Shown here: positions 40,610 through 54,268 of the stretch, one piece after another
Position numbering within the stretch: position 1 is the stretch's first letter
Layout: every line of letters begins with the position of its first letter
Source of the DNA: an uncultured Fibrobacterota bacterium
GTDB taxonomy: Bacteria; Fibrobacterota; Chitinivibrionia; Chitinivibrionales; FEN-1185
DNA: 64,000 bases
Assembly (NCBI GenBank): GCA_963753345.1
Contig: CAVWBU010000041.1
Span: forward strand, 225,323 to 289,322
Direction of reading: 5' to 3'
The notes under the pieces: generated by a model
What the model was told of the DNA's origin: nothing
What the model saw: only the letters and a program-made list of their open reading frames with translations
The model's database searches: none
Translations under genes and position numbers: made by a program

Positions 40610-42931
40610 ATGAGAAGAGAGATCAACTCCGCAGGCGTGATGTACGCCATCTTCTTCCTGTCCGGAATAAGCGGGCTCGTGTACGAAACGGTCTGGCTCA
40701 GAATGCTGATCCGGGTGCTGGGCAACACCGTGTATGCAACATCGGTCATTCTGGCGGCTTTTATGGCGGGTTTGGCAATTGGAAGCTATGTGATAGGCAG
40801 GATTGCAGGGCGTGTGAGAAACGGATTGCGGCTCTACGCTTTTCTTGAGCTGGGCGTGGGCTTGTCGGCGGTGGCGTTGATAGGGGTGTTCGAGCACCTG
40901 ACGCCGCTGTACCGGTTGATGTACACGCTTGCTTCGGGACATCGGACACTTCTCACGCTGTTTCAATCGATTCTCATGGTAGCGCTGCTCATCGTTCCCA
41001 CGAGCCTCATGGGCGGAACGCTTCCGGTCTTGAGCGCGTATACGAAGCGTTTTCAGACCGGGCTTTCACGGCGCGTCGGCATCCTGTACGGATCGAATAC
41101 GCTCGGTGCGTTTGTTGGCGTTGTCGGCAGCGGGCTGTACGCTATCGGCGCCTGGGGAGAATGGCAGACCATTTTCTGCGCCGCCCTCCTGAACCTGGCG
41201 GTTTCGCTGCTTGCATTCAGGATGTCCCGAGCGCCTGCGGTCGCGGAGATCGCCGCAGCGACCGGGGCCGACGGGGCCAAGGCCGGTTCAGCCGTCTTGA
41301 CTCACAGGAAACTCATCCTTTGGGCCTACGCGGCGAGCGGGTTTGCTGCCATCTCCTACGAAATCGTCTGGACTCGGATGTTTCAGATCGAGCTGGGGAC
41401 GTCCATTTACGCTTTCAGCATGATGCTGGGGTTCTACCTTCTTGGCATCGGCCTGGGAAGCCTGGCCGGAGGGATGCTTGTCCGAAAAATCAACAACAGC
41501 CTCAAGCTCTTTGGCTGGCTGCAGGTTGCGGTGGCGCTGTACGGCGTGGCTGGCATGTACCTTCTGCTCGGGTTCGACCCGGTCACTCTTATTCAAGACA
41601 TCGTTCTGTCCAATATTATCACCGTGCCGCTCCTTATCGTGACGCCCCTCACCTTGGTGCTGGGCCTCATGTTCCCCGTGGTTTCTTCGCTGTATGTCGA
41701 AGAGCGCGAAACGGGCCGCGGGGTTGGCCGGCTCTACTCGGCCAATACGGCCGGCTGCATCGCAGGATCGCTGGTGTGCGGTTTTCTCCTGATCGGCGCT
41801 CTGGGCACCAGAGGAACCATGCTTTTACTTGCAGGGATGAATGCCATGCTTGGCGCGGCGATCCTTCTGGTTGACGGTCGCCGCAGGGCCGTCCTTTCCG
41901 CCGGGCTGTCGGTCGCTGTGGTGGCGGCCGCCGCGCTGCTTTCACCAGATCCATTCCTGACGGTAATCGGCAAGTCGGTGCGTCAGATTTACGGCGATCA
42001 GACCCCCCAGGTCACCTTGTATCACCACCGGGAGCGCGCCGCGGCCACCACCACGGCGCTTGGCATCTCCGCCTATCCGTTGACAAAAGAGCTCTTTGTC
42101 AACGGCATTGGAATGACCAGACTGTGCACGGAAACCAAGCTTATGGCCCATCTGCCGCTCGCGCTCCACCGGAATCCGCACAGCATTCTCGTGATCTGCT
42201 TCGGCATGGGTACGGCCCTCAGATCGGCATGGGCGCACGGGGACATTTCCTGCGACGTCGTTGAGTTGGACGGAGAAACCTATAACTGTTTCAAATACTT
42301 TCACGCAAACGGCGACCAGGTGCTTGCCGACCCCCGGGTCAGACACTACGTTGACGACGGCCGGAATTTCCTGCTTATGAACAGACGCACCTACGATGTG
42401 ATAACCATGGACCCTGCTCCGCCGCTCTGGAGCGCAGGCACGGTGAACCTTTACACTAGGGAATTCTTCGGCTTGTGCCGCGACCACCTGGCCGGCGGGG
42501 GGATCATGTGCCTGTGGATACCGCCAGCGAGTTTTCCCGAGGTACGCATGATCATGAAAACCTATCAGAACGTTTTCCGGGGAACATGGGTCTATGGCGG
42601 CCCGCACATCGGAGGATTCCTTATGATAGGTTCCTCGGTGCAGCCGGATACCGGCATTGCCCGGTTCCGCGAAGCGCTTGGCAGCGCATCCATTATGGCG
42701 GACCTGAACGAGTGGGAAGAGCGGCCGCTTACCCCCGAAGCAATCCAAAGCCTCTTTCTCATGGGTCCGGAAGCATTGAGAATATTTACAAGCAGCGCCT
42801 CGGTAATTACGGACAACAATCCCTATACTGAGTTCCCTTTATGGAGGAGCATTTCGGACAAGTCCTACCATTATACGCTCGACGCACGGTGGCTGTGGTC
42901 CTGGAAGATCCACAATTTTCCAAAGTACTGA
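40610..42931 (+). CDS. Membrane-fused spermidine-synthase-like (SAM-dependent) protein
   Basis: SGISGLVYETVW repeated TM halves; VICFGMG, DDGRNFL, YDVITMDP, ITDNNPYTEF. Confidence 0.88.
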   Translation: MRREINSAGVMYAIFFLSGISGLVYETVWLRMLIRVLGNTVYATSVILAAFMAGLAIGSYVIGRIAGRVRNGLRLYAFLELGVGLSAVALIGVFEHLTPLYRLMYTLASGHRTLLTLFQSILMVALLIVPTSLMGGTLPVLSAYTKRFQTGLSRRVGILYGSNTLGAFVGVVGSGLYAIGAWGEWQTIFCAALLNLAVSLLAFRMSRAPAVAEIAAATGADGAKAGSAVLTHRKLILWAYAASGFAAISYEIVWTRMFQIELGTSIYAFSMMLGFYLLGIGLGSLAGGMLVRKINNSLKLFGWLQVAVALYGVAGMYLLLGFDPVTLIQDIVLSNIITVPLLIVTPLTLVLGLMFPVVSSLYVEERETGRGVGRLYSANTAGCIAGSLVCGFLLIGALGTRGTMLLLAGMNAMLGAAILLVDGRRRAVLSAGLSVAVVAAAALLSPDPFLTVIGKSVRQIYGDQTPQVTLYHHRERAAATTTALGISAYPLTKELFVNGIGMTRLCTETKLMAHLPLALHRNPHSILVICFGMGTALRSAWAHGDISCDVVELDGETYNCFKYFHANGDQVLADPRVRHYVDDGRNFLLMNRRTYDVITMDPAPPLWSAGTVNLYTREFFGLCRDHLAGGGIMCLWIPPASFPEVRMIMKTYQNVFRGTWVYGGPHIGGFLMIGSSVQPDTGIARFREALGSASIMADLNEWEERPLTPEAIQSLFLMGPEALRIFTSSASVITDNNPYTEFPLWRSISDKSYHYTLDARWLWSWKIHNFPKY

Positions 42932-43016
42932 TAGGAAGTTTGATTTTTGCACGTGTGGGAGGATTTATAATATTTTGCGCCAGGGGCAAAATTGCATTTG
43001 TTAAGAATGCAATATA

Positions 43017-43135
43017 TTGAAGAACCCCGCCCCAAGTGGCGGGGATTCTTCCATAGCTAAGGAAATAGAATAATAAATATTCGCCCGCATAACCCCGCGC
43101 CAAGTCGCGGGGAATGCGCGGGCTGTGCTATTCAA
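43017..43135. mobile_element. Non-autonomous IS200/IS605-like element, copy 2
   Basis: Near-identical to 35393-35557 except for a short hairpin loop. Confidence 0.65.
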
Positions 43136-43284
43136 GTGGGGAAGGTTTCCCCCGTCGGGCGACGCCTCGAAGCACCCGAAGGGGTGCACTTCTCCCTCGT
43201 CAGGGATTCCCAAGGGTCACAAGGGTCGTCCCCCTCGCTTCAGCCCGGCGCGCCTCCTCATGATATAGCTTATTGTCAATGGCG

Positions 43285-43405
43285 CGCCGGGAAAGCTCAT
43301 GCGCGTGAGGGTTGTCTTTCCAATTTGACGTGACCCGAGGACGCAGACACAGGGGAAATTGTCCGGGAGTTTCTTGAGCTTGGGGGTCGCCGCTCTCGTC
43401 CACAT
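43285..43405 (-). pseudogene. N-terminal remnant of an AAA_14/DUF4143-type ATPase
   Basis: KLKKLPDNFPCVCVLGSRQIGKTTLTRM Walker A, then similarity is lost. Confidence 0.6.
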
Positions 43406-43573
43406 ACTTGAAGTATGGAAGTTTAACTTGTAATTTGCAAGATATATGCAATAAGTCATTTCATCAAGAACGCCCTACCATTGGCACGTGCTCGTTCCGT
43501 AAAGAACACTGCCGAGGACCTTCGGCGGCACGGAATTTGTCATTTTAGGTCACCCGGGGCACCCGAGCGTAGG

Positions 43574-43645
43574 TCGGCGCGGCGGAGCTTACCTTTCGTG
43601 TTCGGCATGGGAACGGGTGTTTCCTCCGCGCAATAACCACAAGAA
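43574..43645 (-). repeat. 5' part of 5S rRNA (about 72 nt, 5 mismatches)
   Basis: tcggcgcggcggagcttacctttcgtgttcggcatgggaacgggtgtttcctccgcgcaataaccacaagaa aligned by eye to 46417-46488. Confidence 0.92.
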
Positions 43646-43742
43646 TATCTTTAAAAAAGCAGTCAACAGTCAGACACGGTCCGGGGGACCGTGGCACACA
43701 AATCAACCTTTTTCAATCGATCACACGGTCAGGCCACCCGTC

Positions 43743-43775
43743 CGGCGGAGATTACCTGCAATGTTCAGTGTAGGA
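43743..43775 (-). repeat. Degenerate internal 5S rRNA fragment
   Basis: cggcggagattacctgcaatgttcagtgtagga vs cggcggagcttaactgccgtgttcggtatggga. Confidence 0.6.
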
Positions 43776-43897
43776 CCTCAAGAGAACCTGGATCGCAGGT
43801 CCAGGCCACACGGGAAAATCGGTGCCCGCATTGTCTATTGCCTCGATCCCGACAGGGTTGCTTTTCAAATCAGGCAATCGTTGCCTGAAAATTCGCG

Positions 43898-44632
43898 TCA
43901 AAACCGAAGGCCAAGCTGCACGGCGGCGCCGTTATTGCGGCACGGCCCGACACCGAGGGTCAATTCTGGACCGGAGTCACTTTTTTCAACGCCTGCATAT
44001 TGTTTCCTTGCCTGTTTGCCCGAGACAAGTGCGTCGATTGAAAGCGATATGCAGCTTATGCTCCCAACGATCCCCTCTGACGCGATCACCGGCTGTGCAA
44101 CAGACTGTGGAATATCCACATTAGCAATGGCCAAGCCGATCATCACCACACCCGCGCCCACAAATAGACCATATTCGCACCATCCCGAAATTCTCAATCC
44201 AACAACGCCATCCACCTTTTCACCGCTTCTGGCCGAAGATCCGCCAATGCTAATGATCGGCACCGTAATTGCATCAAGGAGCAATCCAGATGCACCCAAG
44301 GGCAATGAAGCCGGGTCTTCTCCTTCGGTTGAAGCCGAGCCGATGCACAATCCCAAAATAATCGGCGAAACGACAAATCCCGCAATTGCCGAGCCGGTGG
44401 CAAACCCGCCGGAGTTATGGTGCTCGCTGGATTCCGTCGATAGATGGGCTTCGGTTTTCTCGCGGGCGGGAACCGGCTGCGCCGCCTTTACCGTGTCCGG
44501 CTCGCGACATTCTCCCTGCACGCAGATACGGTTTCCCTTGCAGTCGCTGTCCTTCGTACACTGGGAAAATGCGCCGTTCGCAACGGCCGCGATAATAAGC
44601 GCAGAAAAAGCGAGAGCGATGGACTTCTTCAC
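43898..44632 (-). CDS. Exported/membrane hypothetical protein with Cys-rich N-terminal module
   Basis: AGGAG then GTG, signal peptide, CTKDSDCKGNRICVQGEC, hydrophobic segments, ends QLGLRF. Confidence 0.75.
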   Translation of the reverse strand: MKKSIALAFSALIIAAVANGAFSQCTKDSDCKGNRICVQGECREPDTVKAAQPVPAREKTEAHLSTESSEHHNSGGFATGSAIAGFVVSPIILGLCIGSASTEGEDPASLPLGASGLLLDAITVPIISIGGSSARSGEKVDGVVGLRISGWCEYGLFVGAGVVMIGLAIANVDIPQSVAQPVIASEGIVGSISCISLSIDALVSGKQARKQYAGVEKSDSGPELTLGVGPCRNNGAAVQLGLRF

Positions 44633-45068
44633 ATGCCTCTCCTTTGTTGAAGTGGAAAGACTGATAGTGATTTCCTTTTTTCGTGACTGATAACTGATAG
44701 TGATTTTCTTTTTTCGCAAGCGAGCGGGCGTATAAGGAGAGTTTCTTTACAGACGCTCATTTGTCCCCTGTTTTCCCGCCCCTGTCCTCCGTCGGGGATT
44801 TCTGCGTCTTCAGGCACTTCCCCCTCGTCAGGGATTTCCAAAGGTCACAAGGATCGGAGGCATCTCCGTCTGCATCTTGACCGGCATCAAGGAACAATAT
44901 AGCTATTTATTCGGACAATTGTCAAATTGGGAAATACCGGTCTTTCTGGCTCCGGCTCGAAGCCTAATAAGGGGCTGGATTTTTCAGGCGCAGATCGTTT
45001 CGTGAAGCAAAACAACATACAAAAAAAAATAAGCCCCCGACGCTTTCGCATCAGGGGCCTTAATTTAA

Positions 45069-45182
45069 TCTGGCGGCGACCTACTCTCCCGCACAGTTGC
45101 CCATGCAGTACCATCGGCGCGGCGGAGCTTAACTGCCGTGTTCGGTATGGGAACGGGTGTTTCCTCGACACAAAAACCGGAA
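45069..45182 (-). rRNA. Second 5S rRNA copy: 3' 98 nt identical, 5' end diverged (possibly non-functional)
   Basis: 45069-45166 matches the operon 5S; own terminator at about 45031-45061. Confidence 0.8.
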
Positions 45183-45289
45183 ATTGGCCTCTGCCGGGAC
45201 GTCAATGGCACACGCGTGGGGGGATTGGTCATACAGGCCACCCGTCGCGCTATGATTTTCATGAATGTTCTCGCCAAAGTGTTCAGTCA

Positions 45290-45937
45290 TCACGGAATAG
45301 TCTTGCGAACTTGTCTGGCATACACGCTCTCCACGAGCAGTTTATTGACAACACCATCGGTCAGATTTGTCCATGTCGACATTTCGATACCGGGCTTGGA
45401 AGTGAAAACCTCCATGTCGATATTCCCGCGCGCCAGAACAGAACCGTTTGCAGCACTCCAATAGGCGTAGGCACAGGTAAACCTGAGGGAGTTTGTTATA
45501 ACATTCTGTGTGAAATCGAGGGTTACGATAATTGAAGAATATACCTTGACATTGTCTATAAGAAGAAGTATGTCTGAATCACATGAGAATGACTTGCTAC
45601 GGGCGGAGGTTGCAAGATATCGAATGTATCGCCGAATATTTCTCAGAGAATCGAGGCCGGGCTGGACCAGCCCATGATAATCACATTCCTTTACCGTATT
45701 GAAACAGGATTGCCTTTCCATGCCTTTCACAATTGAGGTCTGCAGATAGTTTCGAATGAGGATATCCTGGTCTCCGTCGCCAAACTCATTCCGCACGTCT
45801 CCGCTATACCGGATTTTGCAATTGAGAAACGTGGCAATCCCGAGAGATTTCGTCTTCAGTTCATTCTTGGGAAGGTTTACCAGAACACCGGTGCACGAGA
45901 ACATGAGTGCGAAAGGCACAACAAGAAGGCTTTTCAT
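45290..45937 (-). CDS. Putative lipoprotein
   Basis: MKSLLVVPFALMFSC lipobox; TTGACA-17-TATATT promoter at 46111-46139. Confidence 0.7.
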   Translation of the reverse strand: MKSLLVVPFALMFSCTGVLVNLPKNELKTKSLGIATFLNCKIRYSGDVRNEFGDGDQDILIRNYLQTSIVKGMERQSCFNTVKECDYHGLVQPGLDSLRNIRRYIRYLATSARSKSFSCDSDILLLIDNVKVYSSIIVTLDFTQNVITNSLRFTCAYAYWSAANGSVLARGNIDMEVFTSKPGIEMSTWTNLTDGVVNKLLVESVYARQVRKTIP

Positions 45938-46330
45938 GCAGATCCTGCGCCCGGGATGGTAACGGTGCGCGGCTGACTTCATACCATCTGATAGTAATTT
46001 CAATTTTTCATTGAGCATCAGGGTTTTGACTGAATTCTCTTTTCCCCGGCGCTTTTGAGCCGCATTGTCCGGTGCTCGATTCGCCATTCCGACGGTCCTT
46101 TTCATTTGAGAATATACGGTTTTGGAATGTTTTTGTCAACCACTTTTCCCTGCAGTTCTTGCATTTGACCCAGGAAAAGCCTTCCTTCTGGTCACCGCAT
46201 TTCGGAACCTTGTCAATCAACAAGCGAATCATCGGCTGCCCATCGTGAAAATGCCACGATGGGGAAAACATGTGATGAGCGCCACCTTCGAGCTCGATTG
46301 TCATGGTCGAGCCTTGGCCCCAAAATAAAA

Positions 46331-46361
46331 AAAACCCCCGCCTCTTCTCAGAAGCGGGGGC
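46331..46361 (-). terminator. rrn rho-independent terminator
   Basis: CCCCCGCTTCTGAGAAGAGGCGGGGG hairpin plus T tract after 5S. Confidence 0.85.
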
Positions 46362-46371
46362 CTTAATTTAA

Positions 46372-46487
46372 TCTGGCGGCGACCTACTCTCCCGCACAGT
46401 TGCCCATGCAGTACCATCGGCGCGGCGGAGCTTAACTGCCGTGTTCGGTATGGGAACGGGTGTTTCCTCCGCGCAATAACCACCAGA
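46372..46487 (-). rRNA. rrf: 5S rRNA
   Basis: TCTGGTGG...CCCATACCGAACACGGCAGTTAAG...GAGAGTAGGTCGCCGCCAGA with paired ends. Confidence 0.97.
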
Positions 46488-46562
46488 AATTTATCGATGA
46501 TAAATCTCTGACAATATCCTGATTTTAAAGCACTTCATTTCGCCGGGATGTAAATAAAAAGC

Positions 46563-49533
<2,971 letters not shown>

Positions 49534-49684
49534 ACAATTAATTACATCTCGACGAAATGATGTGCTTCAAAATCAGGATATATGTCAAAGAGCATTTATC
49601 AAACAAGTTGACGGTTGGCAGTTGACAGGTTGGCAGTATTTAAACCTGCCAACTTTCAACTGCAGTCCATCAACATTCTTTTCT

Positions 49685-49757
49685 TGGAGCTAACAGGATT
49701 TGAACCTGCGACTTCCTGCTTGCAAAGCAGGCGCTCTCCCAGCTGAGCTATAGCCCC
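49685..49757 (-). tRNA. tRNA-Ala (TGC)
   Basis: GGGGCTATAGCTCAGCTGGGAGAGCGCCTGCTTTGCAAGC in the ITS. Confidence 0.96.
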
Positions 49758-49786
49758 GCATGGAAAAACACTAGTGGCCCTGAAAA

Positions 49787-49860
49787 TGGGTCTGGATAGA
49801 GTTGAACTATCGACCCCTGCCTTATCAGAGCAGTGCTCTAACCAACTGAGCTACAGACCC
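49787..49860 (-). tRNA. tRNA-Ile (GAT)
   Basis: GGGTCTGTAGCTCAGTTGGTTAGAGC...CTGATAA in the ITS. Confidence 0.96.
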
Positions 49861-50022
49861 AGGGCTAGCTATAGTAAGGCAGGTTTAGGACCTGCCCTTT
49901 TACTAAAAAAGGAAATGCCCTTTAAAAGCCTTGATGTGTGTGACCGGTCTCCGGTCAATCGTCAGTCGTAGGTATTTTGTCAAGACGCAAAACTCCGCGT
50001 CTCTCCAATCTACCATACTCCA

Positions 50023-51585
<1,563 letters not shown>

Positions 51586-51657
51586 TTTATGAAAAGTTCA
51601 TTATCCCAACGTAAAAAAAAGAATGTAATCAGAGAACCCGATCACACACATCCAAAC

Positions 51658-51669
51658 TTTCAAAGAGCA
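51658..51669 (-). promoter_or_regulatory. rrn antitermination boxA (second copy in ITS near 49584-49594)
   Basis: TGCTCTTTGAAA in leader; TGCTCTTTGACA before 23S. Confidence 0.75.
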
Positions 51670-51695
51670 CTTGCCCGATTTTTGGGCAATTTTTT

Positions 51696-51852
51696 AATAT
51701 AATAGATAGAACAACTGTTGTCAATAACTTGACCAACAATTTTCTAATAAACCCTGTGGTTACCTGTATTTTCGGCAGGAATTCAGGAGATTTTAAAAGA
51801 ACTTCCCTGCATGAGGCGTGTTAAATATAAGGTATTTGGGAAAAAATGTCAA
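51696..51852 (-). promoter_or_regulatory. Tandem rrn promoters P1 (51824-51852) and P2 (51696-51724)
   Basis: Both read TTGACA-17-TATATT. Confidence 0.8.
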
Positions 51853-51882
51853 CAGTTTTTTTATTTTCCGCACGTATGCTTT

Positions 51883-54228
51883 TTATGCGACGGACTGCTG
51901 CTGATACAGGTATTTCTGAAACCCCGCAAACACCTTCCCTATCTCCTCCGGCTTACCCAGATCGTCCACGGCATCTGCAATCGAATCGTGATACTTGAGC
52001 CGCAATAGAGGCGTTAGCTTCTCCTGGTCAAGCTCCTCCACACCGACCGCCACGTAATGTGACAGAACGAAGTCGAGAAAGACTTGGAGTTTGCTGTTGA
52101 AATGCGTGCTGATGATCACCTTTGCTTTTACGGCGCGCTCTTCCCGAGTAAGCGGCGTCATGGCATACGCCACATGCGCCAGCACATCGAAAATATCGCT
52201 CTTTTCGGCATCGATAATCTTCTGCATCTCGGCCAACTGCTCATTGCCAAAACCCTTCTCTGCGAGACCCTGCAAGAGTTTTTTCCGTGTATCCGGAGCG
52301 CTCCACAGTGTGCGGAGTTCATTTTCATTCTTGAAGAATTCCGGCAGCTTGCCAAACAGGAGTTCCATAAACTGCTGCGCCGACATCGGTGTTCCGTCGG
52401 GATGCCAGAAGGTCGTCACCATCATGTGCTGAATTGTCCGTTCCTTGCCATCGGCTAGTTTCACTTTTATCTTCTTCTGGCTGTCTCGCTTGCTGTTCCG
52501 GCGGTTCCCGCATTTCCGGACGGGCACGGAATAGCTTCGGCGGAGGAGACACGCATAACCCGGCATCCTTCGGTTCTCCGGCTCAATGGGTTCGCCGTCC
52601 CATTCGGGGTCGCTGAAATGGTGATGCGCCTTCACAAAATCATAGATCGTGAAATAATCTTTTCCGTCGTACAGGCGTGTACCGCGCCCTATAATCTGCT
52701 TGAACTCAATGATGGAATTGATCGGCCGCATAAGGACGATATTGCGGATGTTGCGTGCGTCCACGCCTGTGGCGAGCTTCTGCGACGTGGTGAGGATCGT
52801 CGGGATGGTCTTCTCGTTGTCCTGGAATTCACGCAGGTGCATCTCTCCGAGCTCGCCATCGTTTGCCGTCACCCGCTGACAATAGCTCGGCTCTTTGCTG
52901 GTTTTCATCTGGTTGATGAGGTCTCGCACAGCCAGTGCATGGTCCTGTGAGGCGCAAAACACCAGCGTTTTCTCGTTCTGGTTGATCTGGTCCATGAATA
53001 TCTTCACACGGTGGGCTTCCCGTTCCTTGATCTCGATGATCTTGTTGAAATCGGGTTCCGTGTAGAGCTTTCCATATTCGACTTCACCCTCCATCACACG
53101 GTCGTCCGGCGTATACACGTACTCGTCAAGCGTTGTGGAAATCTGTTTCACCTTGAAAGGCGTGAGGAACCCGTCGTTGATACCTTCCTTGAGAGAATAG
53201 ATGTATACCGGGTCGCCGAAGTATTTGTAGGTGTCCACGTTATCTTTACGCTTGGGAGTGGCGGTCATACCCATTTGCACAGCAGGAGCAAAGTATTCCA
53301 GAATGCCGCGCCAATTGCTCTCGTCGTTCGCGCCGCCGCGATGGCACTCGTCAATCACGATGAAATCAAAAAAGTCCTGGGGGTATTCTCCAAAGTAAGG
53401 AGATGGCTTGCCATCCTTTGGCGGGCCGCTCATAAACGTCTGGAAAATAGTGAAAAAAAGGCTGCCGTTGGTTGGCACTCGTCCCTTGTGCCGGATACTA
53501 TCGGGCTCGATTCGTACCAGCGCGTCCTCGGGAAAGGCAGAGAAGACGTTATAGGCCTGATTTGCGAGGATGTTCCGGTCTGCGAGGAAAAGTATGCGCG
53601 GACGACGGGATGGTTCACGGCTCAGGTTCCAACGGCTATGGAACAGTTTCCAGGCGATCTGGAACGCGATAAACGTCTTCCCTGTGCCGGTAGCCAGCGT
53701 GAGCAGAATACGGCGCCGGTCTTCTGCTATGGCCTCCATCACACGATCAACGGCAATGTCCTGATAGTAGCGGCTCGGATGAGAGCCGCCCTTGTCCTCA
53801 AACGGTACGCTGGAAAAACGGTCGCGCCAAGCGTTCACTTTTGCAAACGTCATGTTCCAGAGTTCGTCCGGCGTGGGATAGCGCGGCTTCTCCCCCTCCT
53901 TGCCGGTCTCCATGTCGATGCCGTAGATGCCTTTGCCGTTAGTGGCATAGGTAAAGCGAACGGCCAGCTTGTCGGCATAGTTCTTTGCTTGCGCGACACC
54001 TTCCGTCAGCTCTTCATCCCAGGCTTTAGCTTCGATCACTGCCAGTTTACGGGTGCGATAGACAAGAACATAATCTGCGATGAGCGGCTTGCCACGCCGA
54101 CCATGGCCTTCGATACGGCCCGGCGAAATGGAATATTCCCGCAGGACCTTGCTCCCGTCAACAACGCCCCAGCCTGCGGCTTTGAGCGCGGGGTCGATGT
54201 GGTCAGCGCGGGTTTCGGCTTCGTTCAT
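51883..54228 (-). CDS. hsdR: Type I restriction subunit (EcoAI/EcoEI-like)
   Basis: MNEAETRADHIDP, ADYVL...VIEAK, LATGTGKT, DECHRG, TATP, QIIGRGTR. Confidence 0.93.
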   Translation of the reverse strand: MNEAETRADHIDPALKAAGWGVVDGSKVLREYSISPGRIEGHGRRGKPLIADYVLVYRTRKLAVIEAKAWDEELTEGVAQAKNYADKLAVRFTYATNGKGIYGIDMETGKEGEKPRYPTPDELWNMTFAKVNAWRDRFSSVPFEDKGGSHPSRYYQDIAVDRVMEAIAEDRRRILLTLATGTGKTFIAFQIAWKLFHSRWNLSREPSRRPRILFLADRNILANQAYNVFSAFPEDALVRIEPDSIRHKGRVPTNGSLFFTIFQTFMSGPPKDGKPSPYFGEYPQDFFDFIVIDECHRGGANDESNWRGILEYFAPAVQMGMTATPKRKDNVDTYKYFGDPVYIYSLKEGINDGFLTPFKVKQISTTLDEYVYTPDDRVMEGEVEYGKLYTEPDFNKIIEIKEREAHRVKIFMDQINQNEKTLVFCASQDHALAVRDLINQMKTSKEPSYCQRVTANDGELGEMHLREFQDNEKTIPTILTTSQKLATGVDARNIRNIVLMRPINSIIEFKQIIGRGTRLYDGKDYFTIYDFVKAHHHFSDPEWDGEPIEPENRRMPGYACLLRRSYSVPVRKCGNRRNSKRDSQKKIKVKLADGKERTIQHMMVTTFWHPDGTPMSAQQFMELLFGKLPEFFKNENELRTLWSAPDTRKKLLQGLAEKGFGNEQLAEMQKIIDAEKSDIFDVLAHVAYAMTPLTREERAVKAKVIISTHFNSKLQVFLDFVLSHYVAVGVEELDQEKLTPLLRLKYHDSIADAVDDLGKPEEIGKVFAGFQKYLYQQQSVA

Positions 54229-54268
54229 GATATTCAATGTAGAATGGACAATTGATAATGGACAATTA

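Noticed and set aside
29900-46300. Classical integron
   Set aside because: No intI, no convincing RYYYAAC...GTTRRRY attC series, and genes lie in both orientations with their own promoters
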